From contig JAFCCW010000013.1 in the NCBI GenBank assembly GCA_017609985.1, positions 36,429 through 100,428 of the forward strand: a DNA stretch of 64,000 nucleotides, read 5' to 3'. Positions 28,826 to 38,881 of this stretch are shown piece after piece. The position numbers were made by a program, and so were the translations under genes. The stretch comes from Candidatus Iainarchaeum sp. Its GTDB lineage: Archaea > Iainarchaeota > Iainarchaeia > Iainarchaeales > JAFCCW01. The notes under the pieces were generated by a model. It did no database searches, was not told the origin of the DNA, and saw nothing but the letters and a program-made list of their open reading frames with translations. Each line of letters starts with the position of its first letter. The stretch's first letter is position 1.

Positions 28826-29494
28826 ATGAATGAAAAAGATTTTGTAGATGCACTGAAGCAAATGCGTGATTCCTCAAGGGAGAGGAAGTTCGAGCAGAGC
28901 ATAGAGCTTATTGTAAACTTAAAAGGAATTGACTTTAAAAAGTCACAAAATCAGATTGATGAAAAGGTTTCTCTTCCTTTTTCAACAGGCAAGAGTTCAG
29001 GCAAGACAATTATTTTTGTTAAAGACAAAGAGTTTGCTTCCCAGCTTGAAGGCAAGACCGATAAGATAATGATGGAATCTGAAATTCCATCAATTTCAAA
29101 AAAAGATGCTCAGAATCTTGCAATAGAGTATGACCTGCTTTTAGCAGAAGGGCCTGTGATGGTTGCCGTTGGAAAGCATCTTGGACAGATTTTGGCTCCA
29201 AAGGGAAAAATGCCTAAACCTATTTCAAAAAATATTGACGAAGTTGAAAGAATGCTTAAGACTGCTGGAACAACCACAAGAATCACAAACAAGAAAGGAA
29301 AGTTTATGCCAATTATTCAGGTTGTTGTTGGAAAGGAATCAATGGCTGACGAGCAGATTGCAAAAAATGCTATTGCGATTTACAATTCTGTTCTTTCTGC
29401 AGTTCCTTCAAAGCACAACATCAAAAGTGTTATTGTGAAAACAACCATGGGTTCTCCTGTAAAATTGGGTGGAATAAAGGGTGAATCTAAATGA
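28826..29494 (+). CDS. rpl1: Ribosomal protein uL1
   Basis: RKFEQSIELIVNL, LGQILAPKGKMP, KTTMG. Confidence 0.94.
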   Translation: MNEKDFVDALKQMRDSSRERKFEQSIELIVNLKGIDFKKSQNQIDEKVSLPFSTGKSSGKTIIFVKDKEFASQLEGKTDKIMMESEIPSISKKDAQNLAIEYDLLLAEGPVMVAVGKHLGQILAPKGKMPKPISKNIDEVERMLKTAGTTTRITNKKGKFMPIIQVVVGKESMADEQIAKNAIAIYNSVLSAVPSKHNIKSVIVKTTMGSPVKLGGIKGESK

Positions 29495-30555
29495 CTTCAC
29501 ACAATTTTGAATGGAAAAAGAATCAGGTTGAAGAGTTAAAGGCTCTTGTTTCAAACCATGCTGTTGTTGCTGTTGCAGAGCTTGATAGATTTCCTGCTTC
29601 AATGTTTCAAATCCTGAGAAAAGCACTTAAGGGAAAAGCAGTAATGAAGGTTTCAAAAAATCGTGTAATAAAAAAGGCTTTTGAAGATCAGGGAATTGGA
29701 AGCGATTTTCTTGACAAAATATTGGGGAGTGTTGTAGTAATATTTACTGACATGAACCCGTTTGAACTTTATACTTTCATTAAAAAGAATGAAGGAAAAA
29801 CTTTTGCTTCGTCTGGAATGATTGCAGAAAATGACATAGTTGTTCCTGCTGGAGACTCTGGTTTGCCTCCTGGCCCTGCGTTGAGTGAATTAAAGGCAGC
29901 AGGAATTAAGACAAAACTAGAGGGTCCAACAATTCAGATTGCAAAAGATTGTGTTGTTACAAAAAAAGGAGAAGTTATTACTCCTGAGGTTGCGTCTGCT
30001 CTGCAAAAACTTGAAATAAAAACTGTTAATGTCAGACTTAACCTTACAAATGCTCTTGAAGGAAAAGATATTTTTGCAAGAGACATTCTTGACATCGATA
30101 CTGAGCAAGTTTTCAATGACTTTGTGTCTGCACACAATAAGGCATTTAATCTTGCATTCAACTCAGGCATTGTTATGCCACAGAATATTGAATTGTTTAT
30201 TGCCAAGGCTTTCACTAATTCAAAGGCCCTTGCTATTGAAGCAGGAATCATGAATAATGAAACAGTCAAGGATCTGCTTGGAAAAGCAAATATTCAGGCT
30301 TCTGCATTGAAGTCAATGGTAAAAGAACCAGTGTCTGCAAAGGAAGCAGGAGACGAGGCAAAAGAGGAAGTCAAAGCAGAAGAGAAAGAAGAGAACAAGG
30401 AAGAAGTCAAAGAGGAATCAAAAGAAGAAGCCAAGGACGAAGTTAAGGAAGAACCAAAAGAGGAAGCAGGAAAAGAGGAACCAAAGGAAGAGCCTAAACC
30501 TGATTCCGAGGAAGAGGCTTCTGAAATTCCTGAAAAAACAGAGGAGAAAGCTTAG
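29491..30555 (+). CDS. rpl10: Ribosomal protein uL10 (P0)
   Basis: WKKNQVEEL, VSKN, MNPFEL, PPGP; synteny. Confidence 0.93.
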   Translation: MTSHNFEWKKNQVEELKALVSNHAVVAVAELDRFPASMFQILRKALKGKAVMKVSKNRVIKKAFEDQGIGSDFLDKILGSVVVIFTDMNPFELYTFIKKNEGKTFASSGMIAENDIVVPAGDSGLPPGPALSELKAAGIKTKLEGPTIQIAKDCVVTKKGEVITPEVASALQKLEIKTVNVRLNLTNALEGKDIFARDILDIDTEQVFNDFVSAHNKAFNLAFNSGIVMPQNIELFIAKAFTNSKALAIEAGIMNNETVKDLLGKANIQASALKSMVKEPVSAKEAGDEAKEEVKAEEKEENKEEVKEESKEEAKDEVKEEPKEEAGKEEPKEEPKPDSEEEASEIPEKTEEKA

Positions 30556-30590
30556 CAGTTTATTAATTTGCTAAAACCGAGGTGAACGAA

Positions 30591-30905
30591 ATGGAATATG
30601 TATATAGCGCAATGCTTTTGCATTCTGCCAAAAAGGAAGTCACCGAGGAAGCTGTAACCAGTATACTCAAGTCAGCAGGTGTTGAAGTCGATGCTGCAAG
30701 AGTAAAGGCATTGGTTGCATCTCTCAAGGACGTCAACATTGACGAAGCAATTGAGAAAGCAGTTGTAGCAGCACCTGTTGCAGCAGCACCAGCAGCTTCT
30801 GGAGGCGCACCAGCAGAAGGCGGAGCAGCCGAAGAAAAAGAAGAGAAAGAAGAAGGAAAAACTGAAGAAGAGGCAGCAGAGGGACTTAGTTCACTATTCG
30901 GCTGA
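30591..30905 (+). CDS. rpl12: Ribosomal stalk protein P1/L12
   Basis: [11 protein letters not shown]...EGLSSLFG; GAGGTGA SD. Confidence 0.96.
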   Translation: MEYVYSAMLLHSAKKEVTEEAVTSILKSAGVEVDAARVKALVASLKDVNIDEAIEKAVVAAPVAAAPAASGGAPAEGGAAEEKEEKEEGKTEEEAAEGLSSLFG

Positions 30906-31002
30906 ATCCCAGCCTCATTTTTCTTATTTTTTTCCATAATTTTTAGCTTTCAGCTACTGCTTCTGAAGAAAGTCTTTTATTTTTAGAACCCCTATTTTTT
31001 TA

Positions 31003-31617
31003 ATGCTTCCAAAACCAAAGAATCATAGGCACAGGATTGTTCATCTTGGAAATATTGGGGTGTTTTCTCCTGGAAGCAGAGGGAGAGAAGTGCCCCTTCA
31101 AAGAAGCTTTGATGTTGCAAGGCGGCATCCTAATTGGAAAGTAATTGGCATTGATCATAAAGAAATAGGTGAACGGGAACAAGAAATTCCTGACACTTCT
31201 GGAAATGGAAAAATTCGGTTGAAAGATTTTCATGGAGACAATCTTCCTGAAAACTGGCAGCAAATTACTGCTGATTTTGAAGAAGGCCTGGCACAGCTTG
31301 AAGATTCTTCAATAACCCTTGTAAGTTCTGACATTGCATTAGGACACTATAGTGGCAGAAAAAATCCAAGCGAAGAAATTCAGAAATACACTGCTCGTGT
31401 TCTTAATCTGGCTCATGACAAATTAATGAAGGGCGGAAGGCTAACTGTTCTTGTTGGTAATTCTTCGCTTGAAATTATGGAAAGAGCTTTGTCAAATTCA
31501 AGCTTTAGAAAAAAGTACAAAATAATAAAAGCATCTCCTGCTGAAATAAAGCGTTCTTACTGGGCAAGGAGAATGTCTGATTCTCAAACAATTTGGAGAA
31601 TTACTGCAAAAAAATAA
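31003..31617 (+). CDS. Divergent class I SAM-methyltransferase-like orphan
   Basis: VIGID, ADF..L....DSSITLV, LMKGGRL; basic N-terminus MLPKPKNHRHR. Confidence 0.5.
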   Translation: MLPKPKNHRHRIVHLGNIGVFSPGSRGREVPLQRSFDVARRHPNWKVIGIDHKEIGEREQEIPDTSGNGKIRLKDFHGDNLPENWQQITADFEEGLAQLEDSSITLVSSDIALGHYSGRKNPSEEIQKYTARVLNLAHDKLMKGGRLTVLVGNSSLEIMERALSNSSFRKKYKIIKASPAEIKRSYWARRMSDSQTIWRITAKK

Positions 31618-31740
31618 TTTGTGATTTAAAAAAAATTGCCTGTTGCTCTTTTCAAATCAATTGTTTTTGGTTTTCAAGGTTTTTTTTTTCGTTCCAAAGC
31701 AATCTATTTAAACCCTGCTTCTGTTATATTAAAGATTCAA

Positions 31741-34038
31741 ATGGAGATTCATCTGAACCAGTATCTTGCTGTTTTAATTTTTATTCTTTTTTTTTCAGCT
31801 TCAGCTTTTTCTGTTCTTGAACAGGATTCAATGAAGGTTTTTGCAGTTACAACAAAGGGGAATGCAATGTCTGCTGATCTCTCTCTTGAACTTGTGGACG
31901 GGACAGGCAGGGTTTTTACAACTGTTGATCCTCTGGTTGGGACATCCACTCAGACAACCCAGCGCATTGCAGTAGATGTTGCAAAAAAATATTATCCTGT
32001 TGCAGCTAGCTATGACTACAAGTTCAGCATCCAAAGCACTGCTTCTCTTGTGGACGGCCCTTCTGCGGGTGGAGCAATGGGTTTGCTTGTTGTTTCAATG
32101 CTTGATGGAAGAGGTGTTCCGGAAAATGTTTCAATGACTGGAACAATTAACTCTGATGGTTCTATTGGAAGTGTTGCAGGAATTTTTGAAAAAACAAAAG
32201 AAGCAGCAAACCAAGGCATAGAACTTTTTATGATTCCATTCGGGGAAGCAAAGCAAACAGTAAAACTGTCCACCGGGATTGAGTCAATTGATCTTGTTGA
32301 ATATGCTTCGCGAGAATGGGGAATGAAGGTTGTTGAAGTCAATAACATAGATGATGTTTTAGAATATGCTTTTTCTGATATTGCATCGATTGATGTGAAC
32401 AGGCAGGAACCAATAATTCCTGATTTTGTTCCTTCTCCAATTTCTTTTTCAAAGTCTCTTAAACCTATGAAATTGCTCACTTTAAAATATGTTGAAGAAG
32501 CTCGTGCTTCCATTGATTCAGCTCACCAAAGTTTGCAGGGAACAATGCTTGACGAACACTCTGTTGTGGATTTAATGCTTGCATCGCTTGATGAGTCAGA
32601 AAAATTGTTAAAGAAAGCTGAAATTCTTTACGATACAAATCATCTTTATTCTGCTGCAAACTATGCGTTTCTTTCAAAAGTTTATTCAAGTCTTGTTATT
32701 GATATTTCTGACAACCCGTCTTTGATTTCCGTTGATTCAACAATTTTTGATTTAAAAGTAAATTCTCTTGCAAATGAAATAAATAGGCTCGAGCAGGAGC
32801 TTGAGCAATCCATTCCTGTCAACTGCATTGAATGGCATGCTTCAGCAAAACAAAGACTAAACTATGCTGATGTAACTGTTGCAGAACTCAGGTCAATAAG
32901 AACAATTATTGGGGCACAAGAAATAGAGCAGGCAGTTTCTGGTGTTCTAGACTATGAATATGCAGTAGCGTGGGTTCAGATTGCAGAGGACCTCTACAGT
33001 ATTACTCGGGAAGAACAATGTTCGCTTAGCACAGTGCATGATACTTCTTTTGCAAAAGAGCTTGCTGAAAAAGAGCTTGTTTCTCTTGAAAACCTAATTG
33101 AGATAAGCGAAGTTGATGAAGAAAGCGATATAATGAGACGTTTTCTTTCAGCAAAAGTTGCCCAGTCGAAAGGCTGGTTTATGGCTGCAGCTTTTGATGC
33201 TGTTTCTGCAAAAGCATTAATTGAAGCGGAAAGCAGTTATCTTGACAAAGACTATGTTTCTCTTGAACAAGAGCTAAGAAACGGAATTCAAAAAACTGAT
33301 TCAGAGATTGTTTCTTTTGATTCGGATTCTGTCTGGGCTTCACTCTATTTGGACCATGCTCGCTATTACTATGACTCGGCTCTCTTTTACAATGGCCATG
33401 GCCGTTTGTCTCTTGCACTTGACAATTTAAGGAGCGGAATGAGTCTGCTTTCTCTCGCGATTAATGTGAATTCTGTTTCGTCCAGTTTCAAGGAAACTAT
33501 TTCAAAAATCCCTGAAGAAGAACTTTTTGTCAGTTCCCCTGTTTCAGAACCATTTCGTGGAGAAGGAGACCAAGAAACTTCTGAAGAAATTAAATTTCTT
33601 ATAGGAATAATTGCAGTTCTTTTAGTTGTTCTTGCAATAACTATTTTAAAAGTGTTTAGCATTCCAAATCATCCTTCCAGAATTCAGCAGATCAGGTCTG
33701 TGAAAAAGCTTCAGAATGATTTAGAGGAAGCTTTTGCAAAAAAAAGAATTTCTGAAGAAAAATATCACGAGTTATACAATAAGTATTTCCATATTCTTAG
33801 TCGGCTGGAAAAAGAAGCATCTAAAAAAAGCATAAAAGTTTTGGAGCTAGATGCATTGAATGCAGAACTTTCCTCATCTCAACAGCTCTTAAGAGACCTT
33901 AAGAGAAGATACAATGAGGGAACTATCACAAAAGAGGACTATGAAAAAAGACTCTCTGCTTACACTCTTCTTGTTGAAAAAGTAAAGCACAGAATAGAGC
34001 TTGACAAAAAGCAAATAGAAAAAATTGACAGCAAGTAA
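31741..34038 (+). CDS. Membrane-anchored Lon-like (S16) serine protease without ATPase domain
   Basis: Signal peptide; VDGPSAG catalytic Ser, MTGTINSDG, GIFEK Lys; TM helix then cytoplasmic coiled/SHOCT-like tail. Confidence 0.82.
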   Translation: MEIHLNQYLAVLIFILFFSASAFSVLEQDSMKVFAVTTKGNAMSADLSLELVDGTGRVFTTVDPLVGTSTQTTQRIAVDVAKKYYPVAASYDYKFSIQSTASLVDGPSAGGAMGLLVVSMLDGRGVPENVSMTGTINSDGSIGSVAGIFEKTKEAANQGIELFMIPFGEAKQTVKLSTGIESIDLVEYASREWGMKVVEVNNIDDVLEYAFSDIASIDVNRQEPIIPDFVPSPISFSKSLKPMKLLTLKYVEEARASIDSAHQSLQGTMLDEHSVVDLMLASLDESEKLLKKAEILYDTNHLYSAANYAFLSKVYSSLVIDISDNPSLISVDSTIFDLKVNSLANEINRLEQELEQSIPVNCIEWHASAKQRLNYADVTVAELRSIRTIIGAQEIEQAVSGVLDYEYAVAWVQIAEDLYSITREEQCSLSTVHDTSFAKELAEKELVSLENLIEISEVDEESDIMRRFLSAKVAQSKGWFMAAAFDAVSAKALIEAESSYLDKDYVSLEQELRNGIQKTDSEIVSFDSDSVWASLYLDHARYYYDSALFYNGHGRLSLALDNLRSGMSLLSLAINVNSVSSSFKETISKIPEEELFVSSPVSEPFRGEGDQETSEEIKFLIGIIAVLLVVLAITILKVFSIPNHPSRIQQIRSVKKLQNDLEEAFAKKRISEEKYHELYNKYFHILSRLEKEASKKSIKVLELDALNAELSSSQQLLRDLKRRYNEGTITKEDYEKRLSAYTLLVEKVKHRIELDKKQIEKIDSK

Positions 34039-34104
34039 AAACTGTTGTAAAAAATAAACAGTGAACAAAAGAGAACAAAAAAGCAGAACGCTGAAAACAA
34101 CTGG

Positions 34105-37089
34105 TTAATTCGACTCTGTTTTTTCAAGCAAACTTTCTTTCAGTTTCAATCCAATTACTGAACTCTTTTCTTTGTTGAGCGCTACTCCAATTATCTGGTC
34201 AGCAGAATTAATCAAGTGGTCGTTGTGAGTTATTGCAATAAACTGGGAATCGGAAGACACTTTTTCAATTATTTCAATCATTTTTCTGCTGTTCTCTGCG
34301 TCAAGTGCAGCGTCTGCCTCGTCAAAGACATAGAATGGCGCAGGGTCATACAACTGTATCGCGAAAAGAAATGAGAGAGCAGTAAGGCTTTTTTCTCCGC
34401 CGCTCATGGAGTCAATATTTTGCAGGCTTTCCTTGTGTTTTGCTTGGATTATCAGGCCTGAGTCAAGAGGATTTTCTTCATCGCTTAATGAAAGCTGTCC
34501 AGAACCCTTGAAGAGTGACATAAACAAATCACTGAAATTTTTGTTGATTTCATTAAAGCAGTCAATGAAAACAGTTGTTCTTTTGACATCAATTTTTTCA
34601 ATCATATCAATAACAGCAGTTCTTTCTTCTTCAAGCTTTTTAACTTTTTCTTTAACATCATCTACTTCTTTTTTAAGGTCTGAAAAGCTTTCAACTGCCT
34701 TCATGTTGACTGCTCCAATTTCCTCAATTCTTTTTTCAATTTTTGGAATTCTCTCCCTTAGTTCTCCGACAGAGTATTCTTCAAGTATTTTTTCGCCGAC
34801 AAATTCTTTTGCTTCTTCTCCCAAGTCATCAATTCTGACCTGGTTTTTTCCAAGTTCAATGTTAATCTCGTTTTCTCTCTGGTCTGTTTTATGAATTTTC
34901 TCGCTCACAGACCCTATTTTTTGCTGAAGAGTCTCAATTGATGTCTCAAGTTCTTTCTTTCTTTCCACAAGCTTTTTGCCCTCGCTTTCCTGCTGTTCTT
35001 GTTTTTTTTCAAGACTGGTTATTTCTTCGACAAGACTTTTTTCCCGATTCTCCATTTCAGTTGTTTCTGATTCAATTTCTTTTGACTCTTCTTTAATGGA
35101 CTTTATTTCCGAGACATTTCTTTTTCTCTCAGCTGAAATTCTTGTTTCTCCTGAAATTTCCGAGTTCTTGAATTCTTGTTCGAGCAGTGCTTTTTCTTCC
35201 CTTAACTCTGAGAGCTCTGAATTAATTTTTTCAATGGAATCAAAACCAAGTTCTTCTCTTAGTTGTCTAGCGTTTGAAAAAAGTGTTTCTCTTTCACTCT
35301 TTAGCTCTGATATTTTTTCTTCCACTCTTTTTACTTCTATGGCTAAATTATCAAGTTCTTCGCTTTCCTGTTCGCCTTTAATTTTTTCAGCTTCGGATTC
35401 AAGTTCAGCAATTGACTCTCTGGTTTCCTTCAATGGTTCAATCTCAATTTCTAATCTTCTTTTTTCTTCAAGCATTTTTTTAAGGCTAGAGTGTGCTTCT
35501 TCAAGACTATTAAGCTCTTGTCTGGTGCTTTCAAGTTCTGTTTCTCTTTTTGTAATGTCTTCTTGTTTTTTGGCGAGCAGGCTTTCTTTTCTTTTTTGCT
35601 CAAGCTTGCTTTCACAAACAGGGCATTCTGCAACAGCCTTCTCCAGTTCTGCTTCTGCTTTTTTCATTGAAGCTATTTCTGCTTCAATATTTTTCAAATC
35701 AGACATTTTTTCCCCTGATTTTTCTTCAGATTCTAATATTTCTGTTTCAATTGAAGAGTGCTCTTTAATTATTTTTGTGAATCTGGCTTCTTTTTCTGAA
35801 AGAGTTTCTTCTCTGACTCTAAGCTTTCCAAGCTTTGCAGAAATCTGAACAAGCCTGTTTTTTCCTGTCTCAATTTTCTGATAAATAGTTGATATCTTTG
35901 CCTTATTTTCTAAAAGTTCTGATGAAAGCTTGGAAATTTTTGAATCAGCTTTTTCAGCATCTGCTCTCATGCTAGTTTCTTTGGCGAGAAGACCTGAATC
36001 CTTTTTCACAAGCTCGCTTTTCTTTTCAGCAAGCTCTTTTGTTTTCAGGTCAATTTCGGGAATTCTCTTCTCAATTTCATCTCTTCTTTCTGAGAGAGCC
36101 TGAATTTCTTCTTCGAGATTTTGGTTTCTCTGATTTAACAGTCTTAATCTTGAACTGTTTTTTGCAAGCAATTCCTGTTTTGCTCTTTTTTTTTCTTCAA
36201 GAACATTCTTTTCTGTTCTAGCTTGTTCAAGTTTTGTTCCGACTTCTTCGTACAATGATTGTCCTGAAGAAATTATCTCGGAATCAATTGCCTGCATTTT
36301 ACTTTTTTTCTCGCCTATTTTTCCCGAAATTTCTGAAATTCTTTTCTTAAGTTCATCTCTTCTTGAACCAAGTTCTTCAAGCTTTTTTTCAGACTCGTCA
36401 TTTTCTTTTCTTATTCTGCGGATTTCTTTTTCAAGAAGAGTTGCTTTGAATTCTCTTTTTTGCTTTTTAAGATTGTCATACTCCATTGCAGCATTCTTTT
36501 CCTTCTCAAGCTCTGAAAGATATGTTTCTCTTTCTGAGAGAACGATGTTTGCTTCCCTTGTTTTCTGTTCAACCTTTGAAAGTTCTTTGAGTGCTTCAGC
36601 TTTTTTTTCGTCAAACTCGCGTAATCCTGCAATCTCATCAATTACTTCTCTTCTTTGAACAGGATTCATTTCAATAACTCTGGTAATATCCCCTTGCACT
36701 ACTATGTTGTGGCCGTGCGGTTTTATTCCTAATTCTGTGAGAAGAGCAGACACTTCATTAAGTGTCTTCTTTGTTCCGTTCAGTCTGAACTGGCTTCTTC
36801 CCTGTTTGTCAATTGTCCTGCTTATCTCAAACTTGTTCTGCTTGTTTTTGAGATGCAATGCAACCTTTGCATAGTTTTCAACGCTCTTGCTGTTAACAAG
36901 GTCAGTTAGCTTTGAAGCTCTCAGCATTTTCAGGGAAGTAGCTCCCATGACAAACATTAGTGCGTCAAGGATATTGCTCTTTCCAGAACCATTGCTTCCT
37001 GCAATAACTGTGAATCCGTTTGAGAGTGGAATTTCTGCTTTGCGGAAGCTCTTGAAGTTTTTTATCTCAAGCTTCTTCAAGTCAACCAT
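34105..37089 (-). CDS. smc: SMC-family ATPase with canonical SMC heads and central CPVC zinc-hook instead of hinge
   Basis: GSNGSGKSN, VQGD Q-loop, GAVNMKA, MSGGEKS, PAPFYVFDEADAALD, ITH; CPVC at aa 489-492 of 994. Confidence 0.85.
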   Translation of the reverse strand: MVDLKKLEIKNFKSFRKAEIPLSNGFTVIAGSNGSGKSNILDALMFVMGATSLKMLRASKLTDLVNSKSVENYAKVALHLKNKQNKFEISRTIDKQGRSQFRLNGTKKTLNEVSALLTELGIKPHGHNIVVQGDITRVIEMNPVQRREVIDEIAGLREFDEKKAEALKELSKVEQKTREANIVLSERETYLSELEKEKNAAMEYDNLKKQKREFKATLLEKEIRRIRKENDESEKKLEELGSRRDELKKRISEISGKIGEKKSKMQAIDSEIISSGQSLYEEVGTKLEQARTEKNVLEEKKRAKQELLAKNSSRLRLLNQRNQNLEEEIQALSERRDEIEKRIPEIDLKTKELAEKKSELVKKDSGLLAKETSMRADAEKADSKISKLSSELLENKAKISTIYQKIETGKNRLVQISAKLGKLRVREETLSEKEARFTKIIKEHSSIETEILESEEKSGEKMSDLKNIEAEIASMKKAEAELEKAVAECPVCESKLEQKRKESLLAKKQEDITKRETELESTRQELNSLEEAHSSLKKMLEEKRRLEIEIEPLKETRESIAELESEAEKIKGEQESEELDNLAIEVKRVEEKISELKSERETLFSNARQLREELGFDSIEKINSELSELREEKALLEQEFKNSEISGETRISAERKRNVSEIKSIKEESKEIESETTEMENREKSLVEEITSLEKKQEQQESEGKKLVERKKELETSIETLQQKIGSVSEKIHKTDQRENEINIELGKNQVRIDDLGEEAKEFVGEKILEEYSVGELRERIPKIEKRIEEIGAVNMKAVESFSDLKKEVDDVKEKVKKLEEERTAVIDMIEKIDVKRTTVFIDCFNEINKNFSDLFMSLFKGSGQLSLSDEENPLDSGLIIQAKHKESLQNIDSMSGGEKSLTALSFLFAIQLYDPAPFYVFDEADAALDAENSRKMIEIIEKVSSDSQFIAITHNDHLINSADQIIGVALNKEKSSVIGLKLKESLLEKTESN

Positions 37090-37221
37090 TAGTACACACG
37101 CTTCTTAATCATTAGTACACTTTCATTCTCACTTGTAAACTTATTCTCAATTAACAGTAGTTAAATAATCTTCAAACAGGTATTAAAAGTTATGTTGCAT
37201 TGAGTTTGATTTAGTTTGATG

Positions 37222-37312
37222 CAAAAATTCTGTCAAAAATTCTGTCCGTGTTTTGTCAGTATTCTGCTAGTATTCTGCTAGTATTCTCTTAGTATTCTGT
37301 TAGCATTCTGTT
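37222..37312. repeat. Short tandem repeats upstream of smc
   Basis: caaaaattctgt x2 (37222-37245) and about 5 degenerate 11-bp agtattctgct units (37258-37312). Confidence 0.85.
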
Positions 37313-37321
37313 TGGGTTTGG

Positions 37322-38005
37322 TTAGTTTTTTTCTTTCAAATGCGCCTTTATTATGTATAAGACTCCTGTGTTTGCCTTTGCTTCTTTTTTGCTTTCATCT
37401 ATTTCTATTTTCTTTTTGAAGAAAGGAGCATCAAGAACTGTTGTTTCAATTTCCCCTCCTTCTCCTGACGAGCTTAACCCATATTTTTCTTCAATTTCTG
37501 CAAGCTCTTTAATTGAATCAGGGTTGAGGTCTCTTCCAAGCCAGTTTTCTTCAAGTGGATAGCCTGCAATCCCGGTAATCAATACTCTGAATTTTTTTTC
37601 AACAAGTTCTCTTAACAACTGGTTTGCTTCAATTCCCCAAAGAGGGTTAATGCATTCAATTCCGATGTCTTTGCAAATCTTTTCAATTCTGTCTGCCTGA
37701 TATTTTGAAGCAATTGCTCCCGTAACCAGTCCCTCTATTTTGTGCAGTTCAACTGCTTTTCTTATGCTGTTTTCAAGGTCAGCAAGCTCTTTTTCTTTTT
37801 CTCCCTTTGTTGTTCCAATAACAATTGGCTTTTCCATTGCCTCTGCCTGCATTTCAACTAAGTGAATATTTGGAACGTGAAACATGTAGCTTTCCTTGTT
37901 TTCGGAAAAAACAGAAATAAGGCAGGTTATTTCATGCTCTTCCATTGCCTTATAAAGAGCATAATTTGAGTCTTTTCCTCCAGAATACAATACAGCTAGT
38001 TTCAT
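37322..38005 (-). CDS. dph6: Diphthine--ammonia ligase
   Basis: LYSGGKDS, SYMFH, GAIASKYQ, PLW, GEGGEIET. Confidence 0.9.
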   Translation of the reverse strand: MKLAVLYSGGKDSNYALYKAMEEHEITCLISVFSENKESYMFHVPNIHLVEMQAEAMEKPIVIGTTKGEKEKELADLENSIRKAVELHKIEGLVTGAIASKYQADRIEKICKDIGIECINPLWGIEANQLLRELVEKKFRVLITGIAGYPLEENWLGRDLNPDSIKELAEIEEKYGLSSSGEGGEIETTVLDAPFFKKKIEIDESKKEAKANTGVLYIIKAHLKEKN

Positions 38006-38040
38006 TAATCTATTGGGGGGCACAGGTTTTTTTAAATCAA

Positions 38041-38832
38041 TTAGGGTTCTTCAGAGCCATAATATTCTGCAAGCATTAGTCCTGCAAGAGCTCCTGAAAG
38101 AATATTTGAAAAGAAATAGTAAACAGCTGTTACCTGAAAGTCGTCTGCCAATGGAGTCATAATAATGCTTCCGATTGTGGAAAGCAATAGATACACAACA
38201 GTAATGAGTAACAGAACATACAATGTTCCAAAAAGTTTTTTAGTAGTAAAATCCCAGCTTGCTTGAAAACAATGCTTGATATTTTGCCCGTCAAAACCAA
38301 TTGCTGTAAACACCATCACAAGCTTTAATGCAATATAACCCATGAACAAAACATATGCAAGAGCTACAAAGTCCATTAACGGGATTCTGGCAAGCACTAG
38401 CAATAAAATAAACCAGAATCCGAACAAGAGAATAATTGAGATGAGTGCAAAAACAGCCAGTGCTCCAATTATTGTTCCAATGTGAGACAAAGCATAAGAA
38501 AAAGCGCTCTTGATTGAGGGTTTTCCACTCTGCTTCATTTTAACAAATCTTGCATAAAAAATCAAGAGTCCTGCTGTAATAACTAAATTTGTTACAAGAC
38601 CTATTGCCACAATATTCATATCCCAAAAGTTCAGGGAATAGAATGCAAGAGGCATTTCTGTAAGGGAATAGTTTGGAAGTCCAAACTCAATTATTTCCGC
38701 AACAATATTTGCTCCAGCCTCAAAAGAGAAAAGCATGACAAAATAGTTTGCAAGAGCAGCAAGTAACACTGGAATAAGTATGAGTGGTCTGCCAAGAATA
38801 TTTATTCCAGCCTTTACTAATATCTTTACCAT
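38041..38832 (-). CDS. Multi-pass membrane protein
   Basis: 263 aa hydrophobic ORF. Confidence 0.7.
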   Translation of the reverse strand: MVKILVKAGINILGRPLILIPVLLAALANYFVMLFSFEAGANIVAEIIEFGLPNYSLTEMPLAFYSLNFWDMNIVAIGLVTNLVITAGLLIFYARFVKMKQSGKPSIKSAFSYALSHIGTIIGALAVFALISIILLFGFWFILLLVLARIPLMDFVALAYVLFMGYIALKLVMVFTAIGFDGQNIKHCFQASWDFTTKKLFGTLYVLLLITVVYLLLSTIGSIIMTPLADDFQVTAVYYFFSNILSGALAGLMLAEYYGSEEP

Positions 38833-38881
38833 AAAATCACGCTATTTATAACTGCAAAGCGATATTTATTTCTTACGCTAT

